A DNA stretch of 32,000 bases from Candidatus Saganbacteria bacterium (GTDB lineage Bacteria; Margulisbacteria; WOR-1; JAKLHX01): assembly GCA_026387835.1 (NCBI GenBank), contig JAPLKZ010000013.1, positions 90,001 to 122,000 of the forward strand, given 5' to 3'. The position numbers and the translations under genes are program-made. Positions 24,816 through 32,000 of the stretch are shown in pieces. The notes under the pieces were generated by a model. The model was not told the DNA's origin, made no database searches, and saw nothing but the letters and a program-made list of their open reading frames with translations. The first letter of the stretch is position 1. Every line of letters starts with the position of its first letter.

Positions 24816-25508
24816 ATGAAAGAAGAAAAAAACCGTATCGGCAGGGTATTAAAGAGCGCAAGGCTTGAAAAAGGCATCACGCTGGAAAAAGCCTCAAAGG
24901 ACACCAAGATAACCCAGAAATATCTGAAGTCGATCGAAGATGAACAGTTCTTGAATATTCCCGGAGAGGTGGTGCTGAAAGGTTTCCTGAGGATCTATGC
25001 GGATTACCTTAAGATAGATCCGGGCCCGTTGATAAGCGAGCTTTCGAAAAAGATCAAGAAAGAACCGAAGGCTGAGATAAAAGATCAGCCCGTACAAAAA
25101 AAAGCCGATATTATTCCTCTTCTGAAAAACGCCATGATAGTGCTGTCGGCGGTTGCCGCGGCAGTGGTCATTATAATGGTGCTGAGGTCTCTTATACTGG
25201 TATCGGTAAGAACAGCGGATATCCGGCCTGCAGATAAAACGGGGACTTCGGATATTTCAAAAAAGATCTCCGGTTCCGTGGAGATCGAAGCCCGGATAAT
25301 CGAAAAAACATGGATAATGGTCCTGTCAGACGGGAAAATGGTATTCAAGGATGTCGTCTTAAAAGGGCAGTCATTTTCGTGGAAAGCCAAGGATAGACTG
25401 CTGATAAAAATAGGCAATGCCGCAGGTGTTCACTTGTCGTCAAAAGGGAAAGTCGTCTTAGCGCCCGGGCCGAGGGGAAGCGTCATCACAAAAGAGTTCT
25501 CAAGATGA
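24816..25508 (+). CDS. rodZ: RodZ-like cytoskeleton protein (HTH, TM helix, DUF4115-like C-terminus)
   Basis: N-terminal XRE-type HTH (IGRVLKSARLEKGITLEKASKDTKITQKYLKSIE), one TM helix (MIVLSAVAAAVVIIMVL), and a beta-rich C-terminal domain. Confidence 0.72.
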   Translation: MKEEKNRIGRVLKSARLEKGITLEKASKDTKITQKYLKSIEDEQFLNIPGEVVLKGFLRIYADYLKIDPGPLISELSKKIKKEPKAEIKDQPVQKKADIIPLLKNAMIVLSAVAAAVVIIMVLRSLILVSVRTADIRPADKTGTSDISKKISGSVEIEARIIEKTWIMVLSDGKMVFKDVVLKGQSFSWKAKDRLLIKIGNAAGVHLSSKGKVVLAPGPRGSVITKEFSR

Positions 25509-26263
25509 GTATTTCAAGCGGTTATATTTCTTCGATATTCCAGAGCATACAGGGAGAAGGCGTCTATATCGGTGAAAGGCAGGTCTTTGTAAGGTTCTTA
25601 GGATGCAATCTATCATGCGCGTATTGCGATGAACAGGAAGCCCGGATCATAAATGACAAGGACGGCCGGCCGCGGAAATGCCAGATCAAAGCGGATAAAA
25701 AAACGGAACAAGCCGATAATCCCGTAACAGCGGACGCAGCGCTGCAGTTCATTGAAAATTTTCTTTCAAAAAAAAATCTCTTCCATTCGGTATGTCTTAC
25801 CGGAGGAGAACCCCTGCTGCAGGTTGATTTTCTAAAAGATCTTCTGCCTAAAATAAAGCACAAAAAATATCTTGAGACGAACGGCGTCCTTTTTGAGAAC
25901 CTCAGAGAGATGATCGGTCTTACGGACATTATAGCGATGGATTTCAAGCTGCCTTCCGCAACCAGGGCGGGGTCATATTTCGAGGACCACAGGCGGTTCA
26001 TCAGAGTAGCCAGGGCAAAGGAACTGTTCATCAAGGCGGTTTTTTCAAAAGAGACCACGGCCAAGGAGATCGACGATATCTCGCGCGTGATCTCAGAAGA
26101 AGGCAGTGATATTCCTCTCGTGCTGCAGCCTGTAACACCGAGCAGGGATTACAGGTCCCCGGCCTCAGCTGAACAGTGCCTGGCGTTCCAGGCCATAGCA
26201 AAAAGGAATTTGGACAAAGTACTCGTCATCCCGCAGACGCACAAGATCCTTGGACTTGATTAG
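25505..26263 (+). CDS. queE: QueE-like radical SAM enzyme (7-carboxy-7-deazaguanine synthase family)
   Basis: FQSIQGEGVYIGERQVFVRFLGCNLSCAYCD (CxxxCxxC cluster with the QueE-type SIQGEG lead-in). ATGA overlap with rodZ. Confidence 0.7.
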   Translation: MSISSGYISSIFQSIQGEGVYIGERQVFVRFLGCNLSCAYCDEQEARIINDKDGRPRKCQIKADKKTEQADNPVTADAALQFIENFLSKKNLFHSVCLTGGEPLLQVDFLKDLLPKIKHKKYLETNGVLFENLREMIGLTDIIAMDFKLPSATRAGSYFEDHRRFIRVARAKELFIKAVFSKETTAKEIDDISRVISEEGSDIPLVLQPVTPSRDYRSPASAEQCLAFQAIAKRNLDKVLVIPQTHKILGLD

Positions 26264-27675
26264 CGGGCAGTCCTTCTGCTCAGAGACGCGGTTATCGCCG
26301 AAAGGTGCTGAATGTCACGGTTCCTGTTGGGATCAAAGCTGATCTTCTGGAGAGATCTCAGCAGTTCAAGCTTGTATATCGCGGTATCAAGAGCCAGTTT
26401 CTCAAGCCCCGTCTCGATCCATTTTATCCCTTCTTTAGGTATATCGTAGCCCAGCGTGTTGGATTTTTTAGTTAGTCTTGATATTTCTTTTGAGGCGACA
26501 TCGAATTCGCGGGACGAGGTCGTAAGGATCCTGTTAAGATGGGACTGTTTGAGCATCGATATTATCTTAAGCCAGGCTATGCGGCGCGACTGCGTCCTGA
26601 TGTTGTCGATATTTTCTTTTTCCATTCCCCTGTCCTTCAGGGTGTTTTCGAGCCTCCGGACCGTTACTCTTTCAGGAACCGCTTTAAAAATGTTGTCTTC
26701 GAGGAAAAGTTTTGTATGAGAAGTGCGGAGGTCGCCGACAACTACTGAGATGTCTTTCATCTGCGGCAGGTCGAAAAGATGAAAATACATATCGGCATTT
26801 TCCAGCCGGTTGATATGCACATTATCGCCCAGGAACATTTTCATCATCGAATCGATGTCAAGATTGAGATGTTCCGCGAGCTGGGCGAGGTCCGAGATAT
26901 CAAGATTGTTCAGGATGACGGCCCTTTCGCTGAGCGAGATCGACTCTTTTTCGAGCGCGTTCAGGATATCGATGATAGATCTCGGATTTTTGGCATTGAT
27001 TATCCAGTCTGACATGTGCAGGGTGCCGCTTGCGGAGCTGAAAAATTTATCTTTGATCAGTTTAAGGAATCTTTCTTTGATCATATCGAGGGTCTTTTGG
27101 TCGAGGTATTCCAGGTCGATCCCGATCAATCCGCCTTTCATAAGCGCTTCTTTCACGGCTGCCAGGCGGATCGTAACATTGTCCAGCTCGTCCTTAGGCC
27201 GCTGCATTACCATCTTTGCGGTAAGCGCCACATAATCTTTAAGAAGGGTCTCCTCGATGATCTTCGCTTTTTCCGTAAAGCTGATGTATTCCGCCGCGGC
27301 GGAAAGGCCTCCCGTTTCTCCGGGTGCTTTCGTTTCGCTCTCCTCCTCTTTTTTCTCCCCTTCCTTTTTCGGCCTTTTTTTCTCGGCCTTCTTGACCACG
27401 GAATCAAGCCTGCGCTCCGAGATCTTTGCTAATTCCTGTTGGTAAAACATTTCTTCTTCATGGGGTTTTCTCTGGCGTTTTGAGTTCACCTCGGAGACGC
27501 CGTCCGAAGAGATCATCTCTATCAGCAGGTCTTTGAATTTGGCCTTCGGATCGTTGTCCGGAGGCACCGCGTTCGGTTCGGTCCTCGCTTTCCTGTCAAA
27601 TCCCGTGGAAAGTATACCGCCTGTCCCCGCGGCCGCGGCCTGCTGGTTGGAAGAAGGAAGCCCCTCTATTGGCAT
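26260..27675 (-). CDS. Hypothetical protein (471 aa) with a Lys/Glu-rich N-terminal third
   Basis: Long uninterrupted ORF with coding-like composition. No motif recognised. Its stop overlaps the queE stop by 3 nt (convergent). Confidence 0.6.
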   Translation of the reverse strand: MPIEGLPSSNQQAAAAGTGGILSTGFDRKARTEPNAVPPDNDPKAKFKDLLIEMISSDGVSEVNSKRQRKPHEEEMFYQQELAKISERRLDSVVKKAEKKRPKKEGEKKEEESETKAPGETGGLSAAAEYISFTEKAKIIEETLLKDYVALTAKMVMQRPKDELDNVTIRLAAVKEALMKGGLIGIDLEYLDQKTLDMIKERFLKLIKDKFFSSASGTLHMSDWIINAKNPRSIIDILNALEKESISLSERAVILNNLDISDLAQLAEHLNLDIDSMMKMFLGDNVHINRLENADMYFHLFDLPQMKDISVVVGDLRTSHTKLFLEDNIFKAVPERVTVRRLENTLKDRGMEKENIDNIRTQSRRIAWLKIISMLKQSHLNRILTTSSREFDVASKEISRLTKKSNTLGYDIPKEGIKWIETGLEKLALDTAIYKLELLRSLQKISFDPNRNRDIQHLSAITASLSRRTAR

Positions 27676-27760
27676 AAAAGATCCCCGTTTCGAAAATTAT
27701 ACACCATCAGGTGGAAATAGGGTATAGGGCGAAGAAATGACTAATTAATGGATTATATAA

Positions 27761-27773
27761 GCAGCAAGCAGTC
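27761..27773 (+). repeat. Junction motif copy A (GCAGCAAGCAGTC core)
   Basis: An exact 13-mer shared with 29657-29669 and 30397-30409. It is followed by a GC-rich imperfect palindrome to about 27800. Confidence 0.8.
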
Positions 27774-27949
27774 AGCCCGCCTGCAACGCTTTGCGTAGCA
27801 ATGCGGGCAGGCAGAACGCGGTACGTGCCGAGAGCATGTCAAGCATCCAAACATTATACCCCCCCCTCCCCACATAATAAAATTCAGTGAAATTCCCAAT
27901 ATTTCCATTCGATACATATATAGATGAAAATACCGAAAGGAGAAAAGTG

Positions 27950-28612
27950 ATGAATAATATTAGAGGGATCATGCGTGGATGGACAAACGAAGGAAGACCG
28001 GCAACATGGGCGAATGTAAGAAATGCAATAGCGAATCAGACCGCGTGTTCTGTGGTTGTATCATCAGGATTGGGGCCGATCTTATCGCTTACAAGGCGGA
28101 GGGTGGAAGAAGGCCCCGTACAAAAACTTGCGCGGACTGCAACCCCTGCTTTTGATGTGGCAAAGTTCATGGAAGCCCACAATTTTATCGATGTTCCCGA
28201 AAGACCTTTTAGAATAATGGCAGACGAGCTTTCGGTAGGGCTATTCAACCGATTTGTTAAAAGCACACAATACGAAATTATAGGCCATAATGCGGATTCT
28301 TTAAAAGGAGTTCTTGCCGGAACAGATCGACGCAGTATAGCAACATATTTAAGCTGGAATGACGGCACGGCTTATGCTAAATGGCTGAGCGCAGTAACTG
28401 GCAAAAGCATTATGCTTCCAACAGAGAAGAAATGGTTAGACGCCGTTGACAAAGTCCGAGATCAACTATCTGGGAACAATTGGGAATGGACGAAAACCCC
28501 ATATTCCAGCAACGCCTTTGTTCTCCATCACCTGAACAATTCGCTCCGTTTCAACTGCATCCCTGGGAATCGTTTTAACTTCAATGCGGTCCGTCTTGTT
28601 GAGGACAAATAA
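27950..28612 (+). CDS. DGR target-type protein with FGE-sulfatase / C-type-lectin fold
   Basis: 220 aa from ATG 27950 (AAAGGAG RBS). Contains FRIMADELSVGLFNRFV, SWNDGTAYAKWLS, MLPTEKKW and GNNWEWT, then the Asn-rich tail NAFVLHHLNNSLRFNCIPGNRFNFNAVRLVEDK. Confidence 0.8.
   Translation: MNNIRGIMRGWTNEGRPATWANVRNAIANQTACSVVVSSGLGPILSLTRRRVEEGPVQKLARTATPAFDVAKFMEAHNFIDVPERPFRIMADELSVGLFNRFVKSTQYEIIGHNADSLKGVLAGTDRRSIATYLSWNDGTAYAKWLSAVTGKSIMLPTEKKWLDAVDKVRDQLSGNNWEWTKTPYSSNAFVLHHLNNSLRFNCIPGNRFNFNAVRLVEDK
28475..28609 (+). other. Candidate DGR variable region (VR)
   Basis: These are the last ~45 codons of the target gene, starting at the GNNWEW block, with many AAC/AAT codons. Position and composition fit FGE-type VRs. 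No matching TR was found in the window, so the bounds are approximate. Confidence 0.5.
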
Positions 28613-28682
28613 ATTATCCTTTGCTCTTTTATTCTTTTACTCTTTGAGTGGGATGGGGTGGCCAGGAGTTTGAGGGAAATAA

Positions 28683-29021
28683 ATGGAAGGTCCAAAAGTT
28701 ATAACCTTGGCCTATGATTTCATAAAATGGGCCATTCCTCATATTGTGAAGTTTCCAAGAAATCAAAGATACACGCTTGGGGAACGGGTTGAAAACAAAC
28801 TATTCTTCCTTCTGGAACTTCTCATTGAAGCTCAGTATTCTAAAGACAAAGCTAATGTGCTTAAGAAAGCGAACATGGAAATTGAGCAGACACGATATTT
28901 ATTCCGTTTATGCCATGACTTGCGGCTGATCAATTTAAAAACCTACGAATTGTCTTCAAGGCAGTTGATGGGAATTGGGGCGCAGGTCGGGGGATGGATC
29001 AAGCAGCAAAATACCAAATGA
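28683..29021 (+). CDS. avd: Four-helix-bundle protein, DGR accessory variability determinant (Avd) type
   Basis: 112 aa, helical, with FPRNQRYTLGERVENKLFFLLELLIEA, typical of the four-helix-bundle / 23S-IVS protein family. Its stop overlaps the RT start (ATGA). Confidence 0.8.
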   Translation: MEGPKVITLAYDFIKWAIPHIVKFPRNQRYTLGERVENKLFFLLELLIEAQYSKDKANVLKKANMEIEQTRYLFRLCHDLRLINLKTYELSSRQLMGIGAQVGGWIKQQNTK

Positions 29022-29650
29022 AGCGCCACGGTTATTTATTCGATAAGATCACTTCTTTTGAAAATCTCTTAAAAGCCTCACGAAAAGCTCAGAGGGGTAA
29101 ACGCTTCAAGAATTCCACGGCCGAATTTAACTTAAAAATAGAGTCCGAACTGCTGGAACTGCAAAGAGAACTGCAAGAGGCAACTTATCGAATAGGCAGC
29201 TATAAACAATTCTACATTTATGACCCAAAGAAACGGTTAATCAACGCCTTGTCTTACAGAGACAGGGTTGCTCAGCATGCTTTATGCAATGTTATCGAGC
29301 CGATATTCGATAACGGATTAATTTATGATAGTTACGCCTGCAGGAAAGATAAAGGCAGCCATAGGGCTGTCAGCCGGTTTGCGATGTATTGCCGCAAGAA
29401 TAAATATGCCTTGAAGTGCGACATTAAAAGCTATTTTGCCTCAATAGATCACGGCCTCTTGTTTGACATGATCATGAAAAAAATTAAAGACCCGGATGTA
29501 ATACAGCTGATTAACTTGATCCTTGATTCAACCCCTTCTCCCGGAATTCCAATCGGGAATTTGGCCAGCCAAATATTCGCCAATCTTTATCTTAACGGAC
29601 TTGACCATTATTTAAAGCAACCTTCGAGATTGAAATCGACCCCCGCTTAG
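29018..29650 (+). pseudogene. DGR-type reverse transcriptase, 3'-truncated before the YxDD motif
   Basis: MKRHGYLFDKI.., KKRLINALSYRDRVAQHAL, SYACRKDKGSHRAV, LKCDIKSYFASIDH, IPIGNLASQIFANLYLNGLDHYLKQ (DGR IGxxxSQ signature). RT similarity ends at about 29620, and the frame stops at TAG 29648-29650 inside a junction repeat. The catalytic Y-x-D-D and thumb are absent. Confidence 0.85.
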
Positions 29651-29686
29651 CAGTCCGCAGCAAGCAGTCTGCAAGCTGCGGTCCAA
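29647..29686 (+). repeat. Junction motif copy B
   Basis: TTAGCAGTCCGCAGCAAGCAGTCTGCAAGCTGCGGTCCAA contains the 13-mer core (29657-29669) and a CCGCAGC...GCTGCGG inverted repeat. Confidence 0.8.
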
Positions 29687-29691
29687 CTCCC

Positions 29692-30291
29692 TCAAACAAA
29701 CCCAAACTTCCCCTTCGGTTTGCTTTCGTCTTTCAATATCTTGTTGATCGCGCTGAAGAGACTGATGATGTCCTGGTCGTGCCGCCCGATCTTGTGCTCT
29801 ATCTCTGACAGCTTCTGGATCAACTCTTTGTTGAATGTAAGCAACTGCCTAATTTTTACGAATGCTCTCATTATGGCTATATTGACCTGGATGGCCCGTT
29901 TGCTTGTAAGTACAGAGGAAAGCATGGCTATTCCTTGTCCTGTAAATGCGTATGGAAGGTATTTGATATGTCGTCCGCGCATGGAATTTGGGTCATGCTT
30001 GTGGTCGAATTTCTTTAAGGTTGCAAAATGCAACCTTAAACAATCCAATTCTTCCCATGTGAGTTGGAACATAAAATCTTTGGGAAATCTTGAAATATTT
30101 CTATTTACTTGCTGTTTTAATCTTTTGATGCTTTCCTCATATAATGGAGCCAGGTCGGCATCCAACATGACTTTCTGGCCTCTTAAAAGGAAGATACTGG
30201 ACTCTATTGATTCGGCGGAAATAATCATACTGTTGGATTTTTCAACATCTTGGTCTACGGATGCCTTTTTGTTACGCACACTTTTTGGCAT
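29692..30291 (-). CDS. ORF6N-domain (KilA-N-related) DNA-binding protein
   Basis: IESSIFLLRGQKVMLDADLAPLYEESIKRLKQQVNRNISRFPKDFMFQLTWEE matches the ORF6N domain pattern. GAGAGGA RBS upstream. Confidence 0.85.
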   Translation of the reverse strand: MPKSVRNKKASVDQDVEKSNSMIISAESIESSIFLLRGQKVMLDADLAPLYEESIKRLKQQVNRNISRFPKDFMFQLTWEELDCLRLHFATLKKFDHKHDPNSMRGRHIKYLPYAFTGQGIAMLSSVLTSKRAIQVNIAIMRAFVKIRQLLTFNKELIQKLSEIEHKIGRHDQDIISLFSAINKILKDESKPKGKFGFV

Positions 30292-30393
30292 AAATATCCT
30301 CTCTTTCCCGGATCAAGGCTTAAAGCCAGCAGCTTACAAATGGTCAATGAGCAATTTATCCGCCACGACAAAGGCTCTATCGCTAGGGTTCTA

Positions 30394-30426
30394 TTAGCAG
30401 CAAGCAGTCCGCAGACTGCGGAACTT
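30394..30426 (+). repeat. Junction motif copy C
   Basis: TTAGCAGCAAGCAGTCCGCAGACTGCGGAACTTG contains the 13-mer core (30397-30409) and a TCCGCAG-A-CTGCGGA palindrome. Confidence 0.8.
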
Positions 30427-30453
30427 GTTTCATCATAATTATTTTTTTCACCG

Positions 30454-30462
30454 TGATATAAT
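30454..30462 (+). promoter_or_regulatory. Candidate extended -10 box for carB
   Basis: TGATATAAT lies 8 nt before the carB ATG at 30471. No Shine-Dalgarno. Confidence 0.45.
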
Positions 30463-30470
30463 TAGTTGAA

Positions 30471-32000
30471 ATGCCGAAAAGAAACGACATAAAAAAAATA
30501 ATGCTCATCGGTTCCGGGCCGATCGTCATCGGCCAGGCGTGCGAGTTCGATTATTCGGGAACGCAGGCGTGCAAGGCCTTAAAAGAAGAAGGATACAAGA
30601 TCATCCTTGTGAACAGCAACCCGGCGACAATAATGACGGACCCGGAGTTCGCTGACAGGACCTATATCGAACCGATAACACCGGAGATAGTTGAAAAAAT
30701 AATAGCGATAGAAAGACCGGATGCTCTGCTTCCGACGATCGGGGGACAGACGGCCTTGAACACGACCGTGGCTTTAGGTGATTCAGGCGTCTTTAAAAAG
30801 TACGGAGTCGAACTTATAGGCGCCAGCCTCGACTCTATAAAAAAAGCGGAGGACAGGCATCTTTTCAAGGAGGCCATGAAAAACATCGGCCTTAACATGC
30901 CGAAAAGCTATTCTGTCTACAGTTCCGAAGAAGCGGTCAAGATTATCGGTGACATAGGGTTCCCGGCGATAATCAGGCCGGCTTTCACCCTGGGAGGCAC
31001 GGGCGGGGGGATCGCGTACAATATCGAAGAATTGAAAGAAAAAGTAGCTCAGGGTGTATTTCTGAGCAGGATCGGACAGGTCCTGATCGAGGAATCGGTC
31101 ATAGGATGGAAGGAATACGAGCTTGAGGTGATGCGCGACCTGAAGGATAATGTAGTCATAATCTGCTCGATAGAGAACTTCGATCCTATGGGCATCCACA
31201 CGGGAGACAGCATCACGGTCGCGCCCGCCCAGACGCTGACCGACAAGGAGTACCAAAGATTAAGGAATTATTCCATAGCCGTGATGAGGGAGATCGGAGT
31301 TGATACCGGCGGTTCTAACATCCAGTTCGCCGTAAATCCGGAGAACGGCAGGGTAGTAATAATAGAGATGAACCCGCGCGTCTCCAGAAGTTCGGCGCTC
31401 GCTTCAAAAGCGACAGGATTCCCGATAGCAAAGATCGCCGCCAAGCTTGCCGTGGGGTACACTTTGGACGAGATCCCTAACGACATCACAAAAAAGACCC
31501 CAGCCTCGTTCGAACCGACGATAGATTATGTAGTCACCAAGATCCCGCGGTTCGCTTTCGAGAAATTTCCCGGAGCCGACCAGACGCTCAATATACAGAT
31601 GAAATCAGTCGGAGAGGCAATGGCGATCGGAAGGACTTTTAAGGAATCGCTCCAGAAAGCTCTCAGATCGATCGAGACAGGCGCCTGCGGGCTTGATGAT
31701 ATCAAAGATGAAAAAGAAAAAAGCGTAAGCGGACACAGCGAAGATGAACAGTCGCTGCAATTATCGATCTATGACAGGCCTAAGACAGAGACCGGAGATA
31801 TACCGCTTGAAAAAATAAAAGAAAAGATCAGTATCCCCAATCCGGAAAGGCTGTTCTATATCAAAAAAGCATTTCAATCCGGCATTTCACTGGAAGACGT
31901 CTGCAAATTATCAAAGATCGACAAATGGTTCCTGGACAATATTTTGCAGATCGTCTCGATGGAGGAAAAGATCAAGAACGGGAAGTCCTCTGTAAAGATG
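30471..32000 (+). CDS. carB: Carbamoyl-phosphate synthase large subunit (3' end outside window)
   Basis: Not in the ORF track because no stop falls in the window. My translation from ATG 30471 is open to nt 32000: [107 protein letters not shown]. Confidence 0.95.
   Translation, partial: MPKRNDIKKIMLIGSGPIVIGQACEFDYSGTQACKALKEEGYKIILVNSNPATIMTDPEFADRTYIEPITPEIVEKIIAIERPDALLPTIGGQTALNTTVALGDSGVFKKYGVELIGASLDSIKKAEDRHLFKEAMKNIGLNMPKSYSVYSSEEAVKIIGDIGFPAIIRPAFTLGGTGGGIAYNIEELKEKVAQGVFLSRIGQVLIEESVIGWKEYELEVMRDLKDNVVIICSIENFDPMGIHTGDSITVAPAQTLTDKEYQRLRNYSIAVMREIGVDTGGSNIQFAVNPENGRVVIIEMNPRVSRSSALASKATGFPIAKIAAKLAVGYTLDEIPNDITKKTPASFEPTIDYVVTKIPRFAFEKFPGADQTLNIQMKSVGEAMAIGRTFKESLQKALRSIETGACGLDDIKDEKEKSVSGHSEDEQSLQLSIYDRPKTETGDIPLEKIKEKISIPNPERLFYIKKAFQSGISLEDVCKLSKIDKWFLDNILQIVSMEEKIKNGKSSVKM

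Noticed and set aside
27780-27850. Possible DGR template repeat upstream of the target gene. GCAACGCTTTG..GCATCC resembles GCAACGCCTTTG..GCATCC in the VR-like tail.
   Set aside because: Only the first ~12 nt and a terminal hexamer match. The lengths differ (66 versus 54 nt) and the mismatches are not restricted to adenine positions. The similarity looks coincidental, and the segment is instead a GC-rich imperfect palindrome next to junction motif copy A.
27772-27972. 66-aa minus-strand ORF between the hypothetical gene and the DGR target.
   Set aside because: It overlaps the target-gene RBS and start and covers the junction palindrome. It has no RBS, and its translation looks like read-through of repeat DNA.
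30292-30470. Possible continuation of the RT gene (YxDD, thumb) after the ORF6N cassette.
   Set aside because: Translations of all three plus-strand frames show no RT motif 5-7 pattern. The segment is the ORF6N promoter region, junction motif copy C and the carB promoter.

Overview
Bacterial chromosomal window, probably from an uncultivated or metagenome-assembled lineage, with AT-rich intergenic DNA and many TGnTATAAT-type boxes. The backbone is housekeeping: dxr (5' partial), thrS, leuS, trpB, six tRNAs (Ser, Lys, Asp, Phe, Thr-CGU, Thr-UGU), a tight MBL-holA-PBP-trpS-scpA-scpB-rodZ-queE gene string, and carB. carB is 3' partial and missing from the ORF track because it runs off the window. 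Accessory material is interspersed. (1) A decayed diversity-generating retroelement at 27.9-29.7 kb has an FGE/C-type-lectin-fold target with an Asn-rich C-terminal VR-like tail, an Avd, and an RT that stops before the YxDD motif. No template repeat is visible, and an ORF6N cassette abuts it. A 13-nt-core junction motif recurs at the module borders. (2) A GxxExxY (PD-(D/E)XK) gene is flanked by inverted arrays of the heptamer CACGAAT/ATTCGTG. (3) A GH16 glucanase gene is bracketed by a roughly 105-bp duplication of the leuS 3' end. (4) An 80-bp repeat-built, in-frame insert lies inside dxr, and its GC-rich core recurs in two pre-tRNA leaders. (5) An orphan YcaO is present. (6) A convergent pair couples a long GH130 with a GT4 fusion. 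Several housekeeping genes carry a -10 box 6-11 nt before the ATG and no Shine-Dalgarno, which suggests leaderless mRNAs. No CRISPR array, rRNA, transposase or integrase was seen. All calls come from reading the sequence and recalled family motifs; no searches were run.
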